Part shown: positions 8,841 to 18,394 of the stretch, piece after piece
Layout of the letters: each line of letters starts with the position of its first letter
Numbering within the stretch: the stretch's first letter is position 1
NCBI GenBank assembly: GCA_033763315.1
Contig: JANRKS010000005.1
Span: forward strand, 205,840 to 269,839
Direction of reading: 5' to 3'
Source: Deltaproteobacteria bacterium
GTDB lineage: Bacteria > Myxococcota_A > Polyangia > Fen-1088
DNA length: 64,000 nt
The notes under the pieces: generated by a model
Database searches by the model: none
What the model was told of the DNA's origin: nothing
Seen by the model: the letters and a program-made list of their open reading frames with translations, nothing else
Translations under genes and position numbers: made by a program

Positions 8841-10010
8841 ATGAACCCAGCCTCGAAAACCGCACCCGCCTTATTGCTCAATCCTGCACCAGCCGCGTCC
8901 TTGCTGCAGCCGGCCTTCGTGCGCCTGATGGCCATGCAAGTGGCGTTCGGCTTGTCGTTCTCGATCTTCTTGATCTTGCCGAAGCACTTGGCGGTCACGT
9001 TGCACGCGGGGCCAGCCGCCATCGGCTGGATCATGTCCATGTACGGTGTGGCGAACATCTTGTTCGCGCGGCCCATTGCTGCGTTCGTGCAACGGGTGGG
9101 CCGCAAGCGCGCGTTGCAAGCGGGCGCCTTGTGCGCCACTTTGGGTTCATCGTTGTTTGTGTTCGCTGACACAGCGGGTGTGCTCGCGGCCTCAGGTCGC
9201 TTGTTGCAAGGTGTGGCGTGGGCGCTTGTGTTCACGGCAGGAACGGCGATGGCTGCGGAGTTGGCGCCGGTGGGGCGCATGGCACACGCGATGGGTGTTT
9301 TTGCCAGTGCCGTGTTGGCGATGAACGCGATTGGACCGCCCTTGGCTGAACCTATGTTGACGGCCTGGGGCCATCGGCCCGTGTTCGCGTTGGCGTCGAT
9401 GGCGTCTTTTGTCGCCTTCTTTTTGGCTCGCCGCTTGCCCGCCCAGACAGCAGCCGCTTCCGACACACCTGCCATGCGAACCCGCTCGCCGTTGCCTCGC
9501 GCCTATTTGGCGCTGTGGGTTGTGTTGGGCGTGGCCTGTGGAACGATGTTCACGTTTTATCAGGCACTCGCGATCGATGCGCACGTGCCGCGTGTGAGCG
9601 ATTTTCTGCTTGGTTACACCGCAGCGGCGTTGCTGGTGCGTGTGTTTGGTGGGCGCTTTGTGGATCGCATTGGTTACCGCACAACGTGTCTGTGGACCTT
9701 CGTGCTCTATGGATTCGTTGTGTTCGCCATGCGCTGGATGGGACCGCACACGATCGTGATCTTGGGCGCATGTTTCGGCGTGGCGCACGGCACGTTCTAT
9801 CCGGCTATGATGGCTTTGAGCGTGGTCACCGTGCCGCCCCAGGCGCGCAGCGCGCTTATGTCAACGATCAACGTGGCCTACCACAGCGGTGCTATGGCGG
9901 TGGTGGCGTTGGGCTATGCCGCCACATACATCGGATTTGAAGCCATATTCGCGTTGGCGGCCATGGTTACATTGTTGTCACTGGGCTGGCTTCGTCCACG
10001 CCCCTCTTGA
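8841..10010 (+). CDS. MFS transporter
   Basis: 12-TM hydrophobic profile, with 'GRKRALQAGALCATLGSSLF' loop 2-3 type motifs. ATG at 8841 chosen inside the longer ORF from 8730. Confidence 0.75.
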   Translation: MNPASKTAPALLLNPAPAASLLQPAFVRLMAMQVAFGLSFSIFLILPKHLAVTLHAGPAAIGWIMSMYGVANILFARPIAAFVQRVGRKRALQAGALCATLGSSLFVFADTAGVLAASGRLLQGVAWALVFTAGTAMAAELAPVGRMAHAMGVFASAVLAMNAIGPPLAEPMLTAWGHRPVFALASMASFVAFFLARRLPAQTAAASDTPAMRTRSPLPRAYLALWVVLGVACGTMFTFYQALAIDAHVPRVSDFLLGYTAAALLVRVFGGRFVDRIGYRTTCLWTFVLYGFVVFAMRWMGPHTIVILGACFGVAHGTFYPAMMALSVVTVPPQARSALMSTINVAYHSGAMAVVALGYAATYIGFEAIFALAAMVTLLSLGWLRPRPS

Positions 10011-10042
10011 TCGAAAGCACAGGTGAGGGCAATGTGTGCGCC

Positions 10043-10564
10043 ATGATGAAGAAACAACTTGTTCTCGTAGCAATGATTCTTGGCACATCGGCCGCCCCCG
10101 CCTTGGCTCAAGATGTGTCGCCTGGGGCAACAACGTCCACGTCGTCGGGCGGCACCATCGGTCTGGGCGCGGAAGCCGGTTTGTTGGGTGGTCCCGCCGG
10201 AGCCGCGATGGTTTACGACATGGGACACTTGCGCGTCGATGGCATCTTGGGATTTGCGTCCGCAAGCGGTACAACCATCGGTTTGGGTGGTCGCGTGCTG
10301 TGGGTGTTGCATCAGAGCTCCAACGCCGACTTCGCGTTAGGTGGTGGCTTGGGCCTCATCAACCGCAATCCAGATGGCCCCGCTGATAGCACCACAGACT
10401 TTCACGTTGAAGGTTTGGCTCAGATCCGTGTGTTCCTTTCGCAAAACGTGGCCTTGAGCACAACGTTCGGCTTCGGAATCGATCTCAATGACGGTCGGGA
10501 CGATGCCTTTGCGTTTGGTGGGCAGTTCCTGTCCAACGCCGGCCTCGTCTACTACTTCCGCTAG
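10043..10564 (+). CDS. Small outer-membrane beta-barrel-like protein (porin/OmpA-like strand pattern, C-terminal aromatic)
   Basis: Signal peptide 'MMKKQLVLVAMILGTSAAPALAQD', alternating hydrophobic pattern with Gly-rich turns, and a terminal '...GLVYYFR'. Confidence 0.4.
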   Translation: MMKKQLVLVAMILGTSAAPALAQDVSPGATTSTSSGGTIGLGAEAGLLGGPAGAAMVYDMGHLRVDGILGFASASGTTIGLGGRVLWVLHQSSNADFALGGGLGLINRNPDGPADSTTDFHVEGLAQIRVFLSQNVALSTTFGFGIDLNDGRDDAFAFGGQFLSNAGLVYYFR

Positions 10565-10582
10565 ACACGCGCAGCATCGTTT

Positions 10583-12070
10583 ATGATGCGGGCCGTGCCA
10601 CGAACAACCTCCGCATCGCTTCGCACGTTGTGGATCGTGCCATTGCTGTTGGGGCTCGCCGTGGGCTGTCACTGGTTCCGGCGGGCCACCATCCGCAGTT
10701 TTTTCAAAGATGGTGTCCCGGGCCCCGGGCCTGCGCTGCACCAGCCTCCTGCCGGAGAGCCCGGCCTTGCCCCCGTACGGCGTGTGCGCGTGGTGCTCAT
10801 TGATGGCTTAGGCTTAGCGTTTGCCCCACCAACGTTGCAGCACGTGTGCGCGCAAGGCCTCGACTTGGTGGTTGACAGTGGCTTTCCCACGGTGTCGTTG
10901 CCCGTGCAGCACGTGTTGTGGACGGGTCGCACGCAAGGGCAATCTGGCGTGCTCTACCGGATCGCCGCGTTGCCCAGTCCACCGGTCGATGCGTTGCCGT
11001 TGGCGGTGCCAGACGCGGTGGCGGTGGCAGAGTCACACAACGAGATCGTTCGCTCGTTTGGCTTTGCAAAGGTGCAGGCCCCTGTGGGCATCAAAGCCGT
11101 TTCTGAGGCGGACGAACGCTGGCGCAACGTGGGCTTCGCTGCCGCCGCACGGACGGCCATCCAAAGCGAAGCGCGTTTGGCTTTCGTTCACGTCTTGCGT
11201 GTAGACGAAGCGGGGCATGCCGAGGGCCCCGCCTCGGATCGATACGCCATGGCCGTTCGATCAGCCGACGAGCTGTTGCACGAGCTTGTCAGCGCGGATC
11301 CTGAGCGTGAGACAACGCGCTGGTTGATCCTCTCGGATCACGGGCATCGGCGGGACGGCGGCCATGCCGACGCAGAAGGATCGATTCGGTTGGTGCGTGC
11401 GTGTCTATTCGGCGCTGGCCTCACACACTCACGGGCCGCTCGGCCTATCCACCTTGTGGATGTGCACCGCGCGCTGGCGGATTCGTTGGGCGTCGCAACC
11501 ACCTCAATGGGGCGCCCGCTGCCATTTGCGCTTACGCAACCGGATCGCAACGCCACACTTCCGTCGCCACGTTGGCCCGCGTGGGTTTGGGCTTTGGCAA
11601 TGTTGGCTGGGGCGGCGTGGGCCACGTGGCGTTGCGCGCGGGATGTTCTGTTCGCCTATCCGTTTTGGTTCCCGGTTGCGTATGCGGTCGTGTGGCTCTC
11701 AAGAGGTGCAATCACCTTATCGAATCCCATCGTTTATCCACCGTTGGGTCTCACGGGGCTCACCGCGTTTTGGCCCGCGTTGGTTCTGTTGTGTGTGCAG
11801 GCGTGGTTCGCCTTGTCACGCCTGCCGGTGGTGCGTGTGGCATTTGCATTGTTGTCGCTGCCTGCGGCCGCTTTGGCCGCGGTGGCTGTGCTGTGCAATG
11901 CCTTGCCCGTGTGGCTTGGCGTGGCCGATCCACCGCCGCTTGTGCCATGGTGGTCTGCACACACAGCGGTGTTTGCCAGCGTGACGAGTGCAGCGTGCGT
12001 CGCCTTATCGGTGGGCGTGATTGCGCACGCCGTGTGGCCCACGCTAAGGCGCCGGCTGGGCGCCCGATAG
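10583..12070 (+). CDS. Alkaline-phosphatase-superfamily membrane enzyme: N-terminal NPP/type-I-phosphodiesterase-like catalytic domain plus C-terminal multi-TM domain (PigN/GPI-EtNP-transferase-like topology)
   Basis: 'VRVVLIDGLGLAFAP' (metal-ligand Asp), 'VVDSGFPTVSLPVQHVLWTG' (compare NPP 'FPTKTFPNHYSIVTG', Thr nucleophile), and 'WLILSDHGH' (DHGH metal site), followed by about 6 predicted TM helices from residue ~310. Confidence 0.55.
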   Translation: MMRAVPRTTSASLRTLWIVPLLLGLAVGCHWFRRATIRSFFKDGVPGPGPALHQPPAGEPGLAPVRRVRVVLIDGLGLAFAPPTLQHVCAQGLDLVVDSGFPTVSLPVQHVLWTGRTQGQSGVLYRIAALPSPPVDALPLAVPDAVAVAESHNEIVRSFGFAKVQAPVGIKAVSEADERWRNVGFAAAARTAIQSEARLAFVHVLRVDEAGHAEGPASDRYAMAVRSADELLHELVSADPERETTRWLILSDHGHRRDGGHADAEGSIRLVRACLFGAGLTHSRAARPIHLVDVHRALADSLGVATTSMGRPLPFALTQPDRNATLPSPRWPAWVWALAMLAGAAWATWRCARDVLFAYPFWFPVAYAVVWLSRGAITLSNPIVYPPLGLTGLTAFWPALVLLCVQAWFALSRLPVVRVAFALLSLPAAALAAVAVLCNALPVWLGVADPPPLVPWWSAHTAVFASVTSAACVALSVGVIAHAVWPTLRRRLGAR

Positions 12071-14230
12071 CGCGGCACGATCGCGCTTCTGGCGCCCGCG
12101 CGTGGTGCGATCCACATCCACCTGTGACAACGCCGCATACGTGGCCATCAGCGTCGCCACCCGCTCGGGCTGTTGCGCTGAAAGATCGTGTCGTTCGGCA
12201 AAGTCATGTTGCAGATCGTAAAGCTCGGCCAAGTTCTCCTTGCGCCGCACAAGAAGCTTATGCGGCCACACAACCACGCCGAATTGATCCGATTCGTTCA
12301 TCGGCAGGGGGCGCACACGGTTGGTCAACGCTTCGGGCGCGCCCGCGAGCAAAAGCGGCAAAACGCTGCGGCCATCCACCTGTTCTGCGCCATCCAAAGC
12401 TGAAAACAACTCCAGCAAGGTGGGATGCACGTCCAGCAGGGACACAGGCTGCGAGAGCTTGCGGCCCACATGCCCCGGCAAGCGCACGGCCAGCGGCACG
12501 TGGGTCAAGGCGTTGTAAAGGTATTTACCGTGGTTTTCCGGTAAACGTTTGTCTTCGCCCAGCCCTTCGCCGTGATCGCTTAACAACACCACCACTGTGT
12601 TGCTGGCCAGCGAACGTCGGGCGAGCTCCTGCAACACACGCCCCACTTCTTCATCCACAAGTTTCACCAGCCGGCGGTACTTTTCCGCGCGCCCCAAGGC
12701 CACGCTACCGCTAAGCGCCGCGCGCACACGTTTGTCTGTGGCTTGCAGCTCGTCGTGTTCGTGCACGTCGAAATAGTGCAGCCACAAGAAAAATGGCTGC
12801 GCGTTGTATCGGTTTGCATGGTGATCGAGCAGCGTCATTCCCTGGTCCGTGGTGCGCGCCGAGGTCGAATGGCTGGCCACGTCTCGCGTATACAGATCAT
12901 TGACCAGCTCTTTGTATTCATCCACACCGCGGGTCAAAATCGGTTTGCCCACGTAACGCACGACTTCGCTGGGAATCACGGCGTAGCAGCGGCGGCCTGT
13001 GCGTTTGAGCGCTTCGGCCAGCGTGGGAGCGGTGGTGGCAAAGGGATCCACCTGGCCCGTAAGAACGCCCGACATGGACAGATCCGTGCCCGCCGATGGG
13101 GCGAAGGCGCGCGTGAAGTGCTGCGATTCGTTCAGCAGACGGCACAGATTCGGATAGGCAGCGCACGTGGTGGGTGAGCCATCAACAACGTCGGCGCGCA
13201 GGGCATCAATCGATAGCAGCAGCAAGTTCATCTGCGCCGATGCCGCCAACGCTTGCTTCACGGTTTGTGAATCGCGCCAACGTTGCGCTTCGTTGCGCTG
13301 CTGCGCGCGTTCGTTCGCCAACCGCTTGGCGGCCACGTTGTCGTCTAAGCCATCGCAGTTCTCGTCAACGCCGTTGCCGGGGATCTCCCGCGCGCCAGGG
13401 TTAATGCGCGCGTTGGCGTTGTTGCAGTCGCCGCCACCCAAAATGTTGGCATAGCCGTCGCCGTCAAAGTCGAACAAGCCTTGCGTGGCGCGCACGAGCA
13501 AACGCGTGTGTAGGCCACGCGTGGCCACGTGCCATCGTGATTGCGTTGTCTGCAAACCCGTGACAACGGCGATGATGAATGCACCCGCCACGGCCAAACT
13601 CACCACACGCGTGCGCCACAGTGAAGGCGCGGTCGCCGCTGGCCACGGGTTATGCAGCGTCTCTTCCACAAGCCGCGCGCCGAGCCCCGCGCAGACGGTG
13701 GCGACCACCAGAAGCAACGTGTGGACGTCAGGATAGCCACTGCGTTGAACTGTGCGGTTTACAGCTTCGCAAAATATCGTTCCAACGATCAAACTCACGC
13801 CCAACGTCAGGCGTCGCGCCGGTGTGCTTGCCCATGGCCCCAAAATCCACGCCACGGACGCCAACGCCATCCACGCGAGCCCCGGAAACCATAAGGGCGC
13901 CCACGCAGCACCAGGCAACGTGCTGGCTTTTGCGCCCTCAAATAAGTGCAATCCCACGGGGACCAAAGCGAACAAGCTGGGTGACGTGGCGAGCGTTGCA
14001 CGTAACCACGGCTGCCTCGCCTTGGCCGCCATCGCCTGACCCACGGCAACGCCCACCCCCACCAGCCATCCCAGCGCCGCGAACAGACTCAGCGTTGTGC
14101 CAATTAACGACAAGCTTGACGTCTGCAGCGTCACCAGTTCAAGGGGCAGCAAGAGGCCGGCGCCCACCCAACCGGTGGCCACATCGGCTGGGTTAAGCCA
14201 AGCTCGCCTCAACGAAGACAGCCGTACCAC
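12044..14230 (-). CDS. Alkaline-phosphatase-superfamily membrane enzyme (N-terminal multi-TM, C-terminal NPP/sulfatase-like catalytic domain) with an inserted MopE-type 'putative metal-binding' Cys motif
   Basis: About 7 N-terminal TM helices; 'FDFDGDGYANILGGGDCNNANARINPGAREIPGNGVDENCDGLDD' (PF11617-like motif); 'LLLLSIDALRADVV', 'SAGTDLSMSGVLTG' and 'VVVLLSDHGEGLGE' catalytic motifs. GTG start at 14230. The 3' end overlaps the convergent upstream gene by 27 nt. Confidence 0.6.
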   Translation of the reverse strand: MVRLSSLRRAWLNPADVATGWVGAGLLLPLELVTLQTSSLSLIGTTLSLFAALGWLVGVGVAVGQAMAAKARQPWLRATLATSPSLFALVPVGLHLFEGAKASTLPGAAWAPLWFPGLAWMALASVAWILGPWASTPARRLTLGVSLIVGTIFCEAVNRTVQRSGYPDVHTLLLVVATVCAGLGARLVEETLHNPWPAATAPSLWRTRVVSLAVAGAFIIAVVTGLQTTQSRWHVATRGLHTRLLVRATQGLFDFDGDGYANILGGGDCNNANARINPGAREIPGNGVDENCDGLDDNVAAKRLANERAQQRNEAQRWRDSQTVKQALAASAQMNLLLLSIDALRADVVDGSPTTCAAYPNLCRLLNESQHFTRAFAPSAGTDLSMSGVLTGQVDPFATTAPTLAEALKRTGRRCYAVIPSEVVRYVGKPILTRGVDEYKELVNDLYTRDVASHSTSARTTDQGMTLLDHHANRYNAQPFFLWLHYFDVHEHDELQATDKRVRAALSGSVALGRAEKYRRLVKLVDEEVGRVLQELARRSLASNTVVVLLSDHGEGLGEDKRLPENHGKYLYNALTHVPLAVRLPGHVGRKLSQPVSLLDVHPTLLELFSALDGAEQVDGRSVLPLLLAGAPEALTNRVRPLPMNESDQFGVVVWPHKLLVRRKENLAELYDLQHDFAERHDLSAQQPERVATLMATYAALSQVDVDRTTRGRQKRDRAALSGAQPAP

Positions 14231-14450
14231 GGGGTGTTTATAGCGGGACCGCGGCGGGTTTGCCCGTCAGCGCTAACGAATGCGCAAAACACGCCGCGCG
14301 CCTGATTTGGGAAACCCGTGCGTGCGAAAAGAACACAATCGGACGAAAGCGAAAAGGCGCGCATTTCTACGGTGTTTTGCGCGAATTTTTGCCTAACATT
14401 GCGATCATTCCCTCTAGGGCTGGCTTCGCTTCGCTGCAAAGGACCGTACG

Positions 14451-15302
14451 ATGTCGACCTCACGAACGCATCTCAAAACTATCCTGGCCGCTGCCTGTTT
14501 TGTTGGTTTCATTTCAGGGTGTGGCGCCGCCACCGGCGAGGTGGATACGGGGCAAAGCAAAGGTGGCAACGGAAGTGCCAGCGGAGGCAGTGGCGGTTTC
14601 AACGTTGATTTCGGCAACAACAACCAAGGTGGCGGCAACGTGGTGGGTGGCAACGGCTCGTCACTTGACAGCGGCGCTTGCGGGCAGATCGTCGCGACCA
14701 TCCGCGACTTTGGGGACAAACACCCCGACTTCGAGAATCCCATGCTGATTCACTCCCAAGTCATCAAGGGCATGGTGAAGGCAACGTTGGACAACGACGG
14801 CAAGCCGCAATACGTGGCAACGAACCCGATCTCGGCCACGAGCGCTCAAACTTTCTCCCAGTGGTACCGCGATGTGGGCGGTGCGAACGAAAAATTCTCG
14901 GTGGTGCTGCCTCTGCAAGAGACCACACCGGGGGTGTTCGTCTACGAGAACAACCTGTTCTTTCCGATCGATGGCAAAGGGTTCGGCAACCAAGGCCGGG
15001 ATCACAATTTCCACTTCACAACCGAAATCCGTGGCGGCTTTAAGTACCGTGGCGGCGAAAAGTTCACCTTCAAGGGCGATGACGACGTGTGGGTGTTCGT
15101 CAACGGCAAGCTCGCGCTTGATCTCGGCGGCATCCATGGTGCCGAGACCGCGGTGATCGATTTTGATGCACGCGCTGGCGAGCTGGGCCTCACGGTGGGC
15201 AAGGTTTATCCGTTGGTGGTGTTCCACGCCGAGCGCCACGTCACGCAATCGAATTTCCGCATGGAAACATCGATCGAGTGTCTGTCTGTGCCGGTGCTTT
15301 AG
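14451..15302 (+). CDS. Secreted lipoprotein with Gly/Ser-rich linker and C-terminal fibro-slime (PA14-like) domain
   Basis: Signal plus lipobox 'LAAACFVGFISGCG'; G/S/N-rich linker; 'NNLFFPIDGKGFGNQGRDHNFHFTTE...FTFKGDDDVWVFVNGKLALDLGGIHG...VYPLVVFHAERH' matches the fibro-slime domain family seen in Fibrobacter and myxobacteria. Confidence 0.55.
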   Translation: MSTSRTHLKTILAAACFVGFISGCGAATGEVDTGQSKGGNGSASGGSGGFNVDFGNNNQGGGNVVGGNGSSLDSGACGQIVATIRDFGDKHPDFENPMLIHSQVIKGMVKATLDNDGKPQYVATNPISATSAQTFSQWYRDVGGANEKFSVVLPLQETTPGVFVYENNLFFPIDGKGFGNQGRDHNFHFTTEIRGGFKYRGGEKFTFKGDDDVWVFVNGKLALDLGGIHGAETAVIDFDARAGELGLTVGKVYPLVVFHAERHVTQSNFRMETSIECLSVPVL

Positions 15303-15308
15303 TGCAGC

Positions 15309-15788
15309 CTAAAGCCGATCCAGCACTTCAAGGCCGGCTTGCGAAACCTTCACGTCATCTTCCGATGGTCCGCCGCTAAACGCTGCGAATACGAAACCGC
15401 GTTTGACCTTCTTGGTGACGCCGCCCTTCCAACCCGTCTCACCCACGTAAACAGGGCGGCCGGCGTGCCCGCTGTCTTTGCCGGTGTGGGCCATTTCGCT
15501 GGCCTTTGTGTACGCGATGGCAAGGAGGTTTGCGGGAGGCTCGGGTGCCTTGCCTTCTTTTGTGAACGAGCCAACCACGCGCATTTTGGAGCTCCACCCG
15601 GTGACGCTGGCCCCTTCGGCGAACGCCACAACCGCTGCGCCCTGAATGTGTAGTTCAGTGGCCCGCTTCTCCATGGCGAGCAACGCCCGAGTTGCCACGT
15701 CATCGAAGCTGGCAGGCTTGGCTGCATAAGCCGAGAAGCACGCCAGGGCTACGCCGCACACCGCAAGGGTCAACAAAAGGCGTTTCAT
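15309..15788 (-). CDS. Secreted GlcG/HbpS-like (DUF336) protein
   Basis: Signal peptide 'MKRLLLTLAVCGVALACFSAYA', then a core with 'AAVVAFAEGAS...GRPVYVGETGW...GFVFAAFSGG' resembling the GlcG/heme-binding fold. Moderate similarity only. Confidence 0.45.
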   Translation of the reverse strand: MKRLLLTLAVCGVALACFSAYAAKPASFDDVATRALLAMEKRATELHIQGAAVVAFAEGASVTGWSSKMRVVGSFTKEGKAPEPPANLLAIAYTKASEMAHTGKDSGHAGRPVYVGETGWKGGVTKKVKRGFVFAAFSGGPSEDDVKVSQAGLEVLDRL

Positions 15789-15866
15789 GGTCACACTTTG
15801 GCCAAAAACGGCTCGCTCAGCAAGCCCGGGGATCGTCCGTAATGGTGGCACCTGCTCCTGCCTGCC

Positions 15867-18353
15867 ATGCTAGCGGCGACTATGCCCTTGCGTCCCGAAA
15901 TTCTAGCCCCCGCTGGCGACCGCGCGTCTTTGGAAGCTGCTGTGCGCGCGGGCGCCGATGCGGTTTATTTTGGGCTTCAATCTTTCAACGCGCGGGCCCG
16001 CGCCGAAAATTTCACCGAGCAAGATCTGCCCGAACTGATGCGCTTTCTGCACACCAATGGCACCAAAGGCTACGTTGCGCTGAACACGTTGGCGTTCGAC
16101 GCCGAACTGCCGGCCGTTGAGCAAGCCATTCGCGCGTGCGCGGCCGCGGGCGTGGACGCGGTGATTGTGCAAGATCTCGGTGTGGCGCGCCTCTGCCAGG
16201 CGGTCGCGCCGGCATTGCCTCTGCACGCCTCCACACAGATGACCTGCACAGATGCGGGCGCTGTCAATTACGCCAAGGCACTAGGTGCCAAGCGCGTTGT
16301 GTTGGCGCGCGAACTTTCCCTTGATGACATTGATGCCATCGGCAAAGCCACCGACGTGGAGCTTGAGGTGTTTGTGCACGGGGCCTTGTGTATTTCATAC
16401 TCCGGGCAGTGCTTAACAAGTGAAGCCTTAGGTGGACGCAGCGCCAACCGAGGGGCGTGCGCTCAGGCGTGCCGGTTGCCTTATGAGCTTGTGGTGGATG
16501 GGCAGCTGCGGCCCTTGGCTGATGTGGCGTATCTCTTATCGCCGCAAGATCTCGAAGCCAGCGCTGTGGTACCCAAGCTTGTGGAAATGGGCGTGAGGTC
16601 CTTCAAAATTGAGGGGCGCTTAAAAGGCCCACACTATGTGGCCGCCACCACGCGGCTTTACCGTGAGGCGATCGACGCCAGCGTTGGCCAAGGTGAAAAG
16701 CCCGCGGAGCGAACGCGGCAAGTGGCGTTGCAAACCTATACGCGTGGCTCTGATGTGGGGTTCTTCGAGGGGGTCAATCACCAACGTTTGGTGGAAGGCA
16801 AACTGTGCGAGCACCGCGGGTTGCAAGTGGGGCACGTGTTGGGTACGCAAAAACGTCGCCAGCATACGTATGTGCACACGCATGTGACGGCCGAGCTTCG
16901 GCGAGGCGATGGCCTGTTGATTGAAGGCGGCCGCGTGGGTGCTGGTGAAGTGGGCGGGCGCGTGTGGGGACTTGTTCGCAAGCACAAAGATGTGGAAGCG
17001 GCCGCGGCGGGAGAGGATGTGTTGGTGTGGTTGGGGCCTGACGTTGATGCCGCGTCGGTGCGCGCCGGCCGACGTGTGTTTCGCACGGATGATCCAGGCG
17101 CGAAGAAGGCCATTGAAGCGCAGCTTGCCCATGCACACACGCGCGCCATCGACATCGACGTGGTGGGCGAGCTTGGGCAGGCCTTCGTGTTTACCGCCAC
17201 GAACAGCAAAGGCGTGCGCGTGGTGGTCAACGGCGACACCCCCTTGCAAGTGGCCAAGCAGCGTCCATTGACGGTGGCGGCGCTGCGCGATCAGTTGGGG
17301 CGTTTGGGCGGCACGCCTTACCACCTCGGTGAACTGCGGGTGCAGATGCCCACAGACGCGCTGGTGCCCATCTCGTCGCTTAACCGCGCGCGGCGCGCGT
17401 TGGTGGAGGCGTTGACTGTCGCCTCGGAGCAAGCCTGGCCCACAACTTCCGTCACGTGCCGCTCGCTGCTGGAGCAGATGCCGCTGGCTGTGACTCGCAC
17501 GGCACCCGCAGGGATCTATTTTCTGTGCCGCTCACTCGCCCAAGCGCGTGCCGCTTTGGCTGCCGGCGCCGATGGCGTGTATCTCGATTTTCTTGAATTG
17601 ACGGGCACCGGCGAAGCGTTGCGTGCACTCAAGGGTGAAGGTGCGGCCTTTGTGGGCGTGGCACCGCCGCGCATTCGCAAACCTGGCGAAGACAAGATCG
17701 ATCGATTCTTGTTGGGCCTCGCACCCGACGCTGTGTTGGTGCGTGGCTTGGGCGCGCTTGCAGAATTGCGGCCGCAAAGCACGGGCCCGCTGTTCATCGG
17801 TGACTTCTCGTTGAACGTGGCCAACCACATGAGTGCAAAGACGGTGCTGTCAGCCGGGCTCTCTGCGTTCACGCCGTCATTCGATCTCGATGCAAAGCAG
17901 TTGCAGGCGTTGCTGGATCCCAGCCTAGCGGCGCACGCGGAGGTGGTGATCCACAACCCCATGCCGCTGTTCCACATGGAGCATTGTGTGATCGCCGCTT
18001 TGCTGTCGAAAGGCCGCGACCACCGCACGTGTGGCCGCCCATGCGAAACGCACAAAGTGTCGCTGCGTGACCGAGCGGGCATGGAACACCCGGTGGAGGC
18101 CGACGTGGGTTGTCGCAACACGGTTTTTCATGCTGCGGCTCAGAGCGCAGCGGCGTGGGCCGGGGCCTTGAAGAAAGCGGGGGTCGGACGGTTTCGGGTT
18201 GAACTTGTGCGCGAACCCCCCGCGGAAGTCGCCTCGTTGGTGCAGATTTATCGCGATTTGCTCGAAGGCAGGATGGACGCCACGGCTGCCCGCCACGTGC
18301 TGAAAACGGCTTCAGGCTATGGCGTTGTGAGTGGATCGTTGCGTGTGGTGTGA
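15867..18353 (+). CDS. Peptidase U32 family protein (collagenase-like, long form)
   Basis: N-terminal 'PEILAPAGDRASLEAAVRAGADAVYFGLQSFNARARAENF' and 'GTKGYVALNTLAFDAELPAVEQAIRACAAAGVDAVIVQDLGV' are canonical U32 motifs; long C-terminal extension. Confidence 0.85.
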   Translation: MLAATMPLRPEILAPAGDRASLEAAVRAGADAVYFGLQSFNARARAENFTEQDLPELMRFLHTNGTKGYVALNTLAFDAELPAVEQAIRACAAAGVDAVIVQDLGVARLCQAVAPALPLHASTQMTCTDAGAVNYAKALGAKRVVLARELSLDDIDAIGKATDVELEVFVHGALCISYSGQCLTSEALGGRSANRGACAQACRLPYELVVDGQLRPLADVAYLLSPQDLEASAVVPKLVEMGVRSFKIEGRLKGPHYVAATTRLYREAIDASVGQGEKPAERTRQVALQTYTRGSDVGFFEGVNHQRLVEGKLCEHRGLQVGHVLGTQKRRQHTYVHTHVTAELRRGDGLLIEGGRVGAGEVGGRVWGLVRKHKDVEAAAAGEDVLVWLGPDVDAASVRAGRRVFRTDDPGAKKAIEAQLAHAHTRAIDIDVVGELGQAFVFTATNSKGVRVVVNGDTPLQVAKQRPLTVAALRDQLGRLGGTPYHLGELRVQMPTDALVPISSLNRARRALVEALTVASEQAWPTTSVTCRSLLEQMPLAVTRTAPAGIYFLCRSLAQARAALAAGADGVYLDFLELTGTGEALRALKGEGAAFVGVAPPRIRKPGEDKIDRFLLGLAPDAVLVRGLGALAELRPQSTGPLFIGDFSLNVANHMSAKTVLSAGLSAFTPSFDLDAKQLQALLDPSLAAHAEVVIHNPMPLFHMEHCVIAALLSKGRDHRTCGRPCETHKVSLRDRAGMEHPVEADVGCRNTVFHAAAQSAAAWAGALKKAGVGRFRVELVREPPAEVASLVQIYRDLLEGRMDATAARHVLKTASGYGVVSGSLRVV

Positions 18354-18394
18354 ATGCGGCGCACGCCTTGCAATGCCTGCGCGAGGAGGCTCTC

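Noticed and set aside
11364-12714. ORFs 11364-11984 and 11401-12714 (437 aa) spanning the junction of the two AlkP-superfamily genes
   Set aside because: They are Arg/Cys/Gly-rich and sit out of frame within well-supported membrane-protein genes on both strands. No domain or signal features.
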